From NCBI RefSeq assembly GCF_016432865.1, contig NC_067400.1:635066001-635130000 (forward strand): DNA of 64,000 nt, in the 5' to 3' direction. Below, one piece after another: positions 63,896 to 64,000 of the stretch. This DNA comes from Antechinus flavipes. Its lineage: Eukaryota. A model generated the notes under the pieces. The model saw nothing but the letters and a program-made list of their open reading frames with translations. It did not search any database and had not been told where the DNA came from. The first letter of the stretch is position 1; each line of letters begins with the position of its first letter. The position numbers were made by a program, and so were the translations under genes.

Positions 63896-64000
63896 CTGAG
63901 TTCCCTCAGCCTGCAGCGGGGGGCCCGGAGTCCCTGGCACAGCTGCTGCACCCCCGCATCTCCCAGGGCATTATTCCTCAGGAAGAGACAGAGCAGCCTG
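63896..64000 (-). CDS. RI-like LRR exon, partial (continues beyond the window)
   Basis: RLLCLFLRNNALGDAGVQQLCQGLRAPRCRLREL then ag|gtaagc donor, phase 2. Confidence 0.9.

Noticed and set aside
57183-64000. Assigning RNH1, NLRP3 or NLRP12 to the LRR gene
   Set aside because: 171-bp phase-2 RI-like exons are shared by RNH1 and many NLRPs, and the diagnostic N-terminal exons lie outside the window

Overview
Mammalian genomic DNA, most likely from a marsupial (probably dasyurid), judged from WSINE1-type CORE-SINEs, RTE-clade LINE relics, marsupial-type L1 3' UTRs and abundant L2. It is GC-rich and very dense in minisatellites, and has two N gaps. It spans the edge of a C2H2 zinc-finger cluster. 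On the minus strand there is a KRAB-A exon, an intact 9-finger ZNF ORF (38922-39881) flanked by two decayed paralogs, a truncated TRIM-like ORF (degenerate RING plus intact B-box2), and three RI-like LRR exons of an NLRP/RNH1-type gene whose 5' part lies beyond the window. Plus-strand ZNF relics and a triplicated promoter cassette are also present. The most notable observations are: (1) a 20-copy, 49-bp array with a consensus CTCF core motif in each unit; (2) a fold-back LTR element with 84-bp inverted U3-like ends and a 6-bp target-site duplication; (3) splice phases that would join the LRR exons, a 21-nt microexon and the TRIM exon into one ORF; (4) dead zinc fingers and one L2 27-mer repeatedly turning into minisatellites. 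All calls were made by eye; repeat boundaries are approximate and no database search was run.
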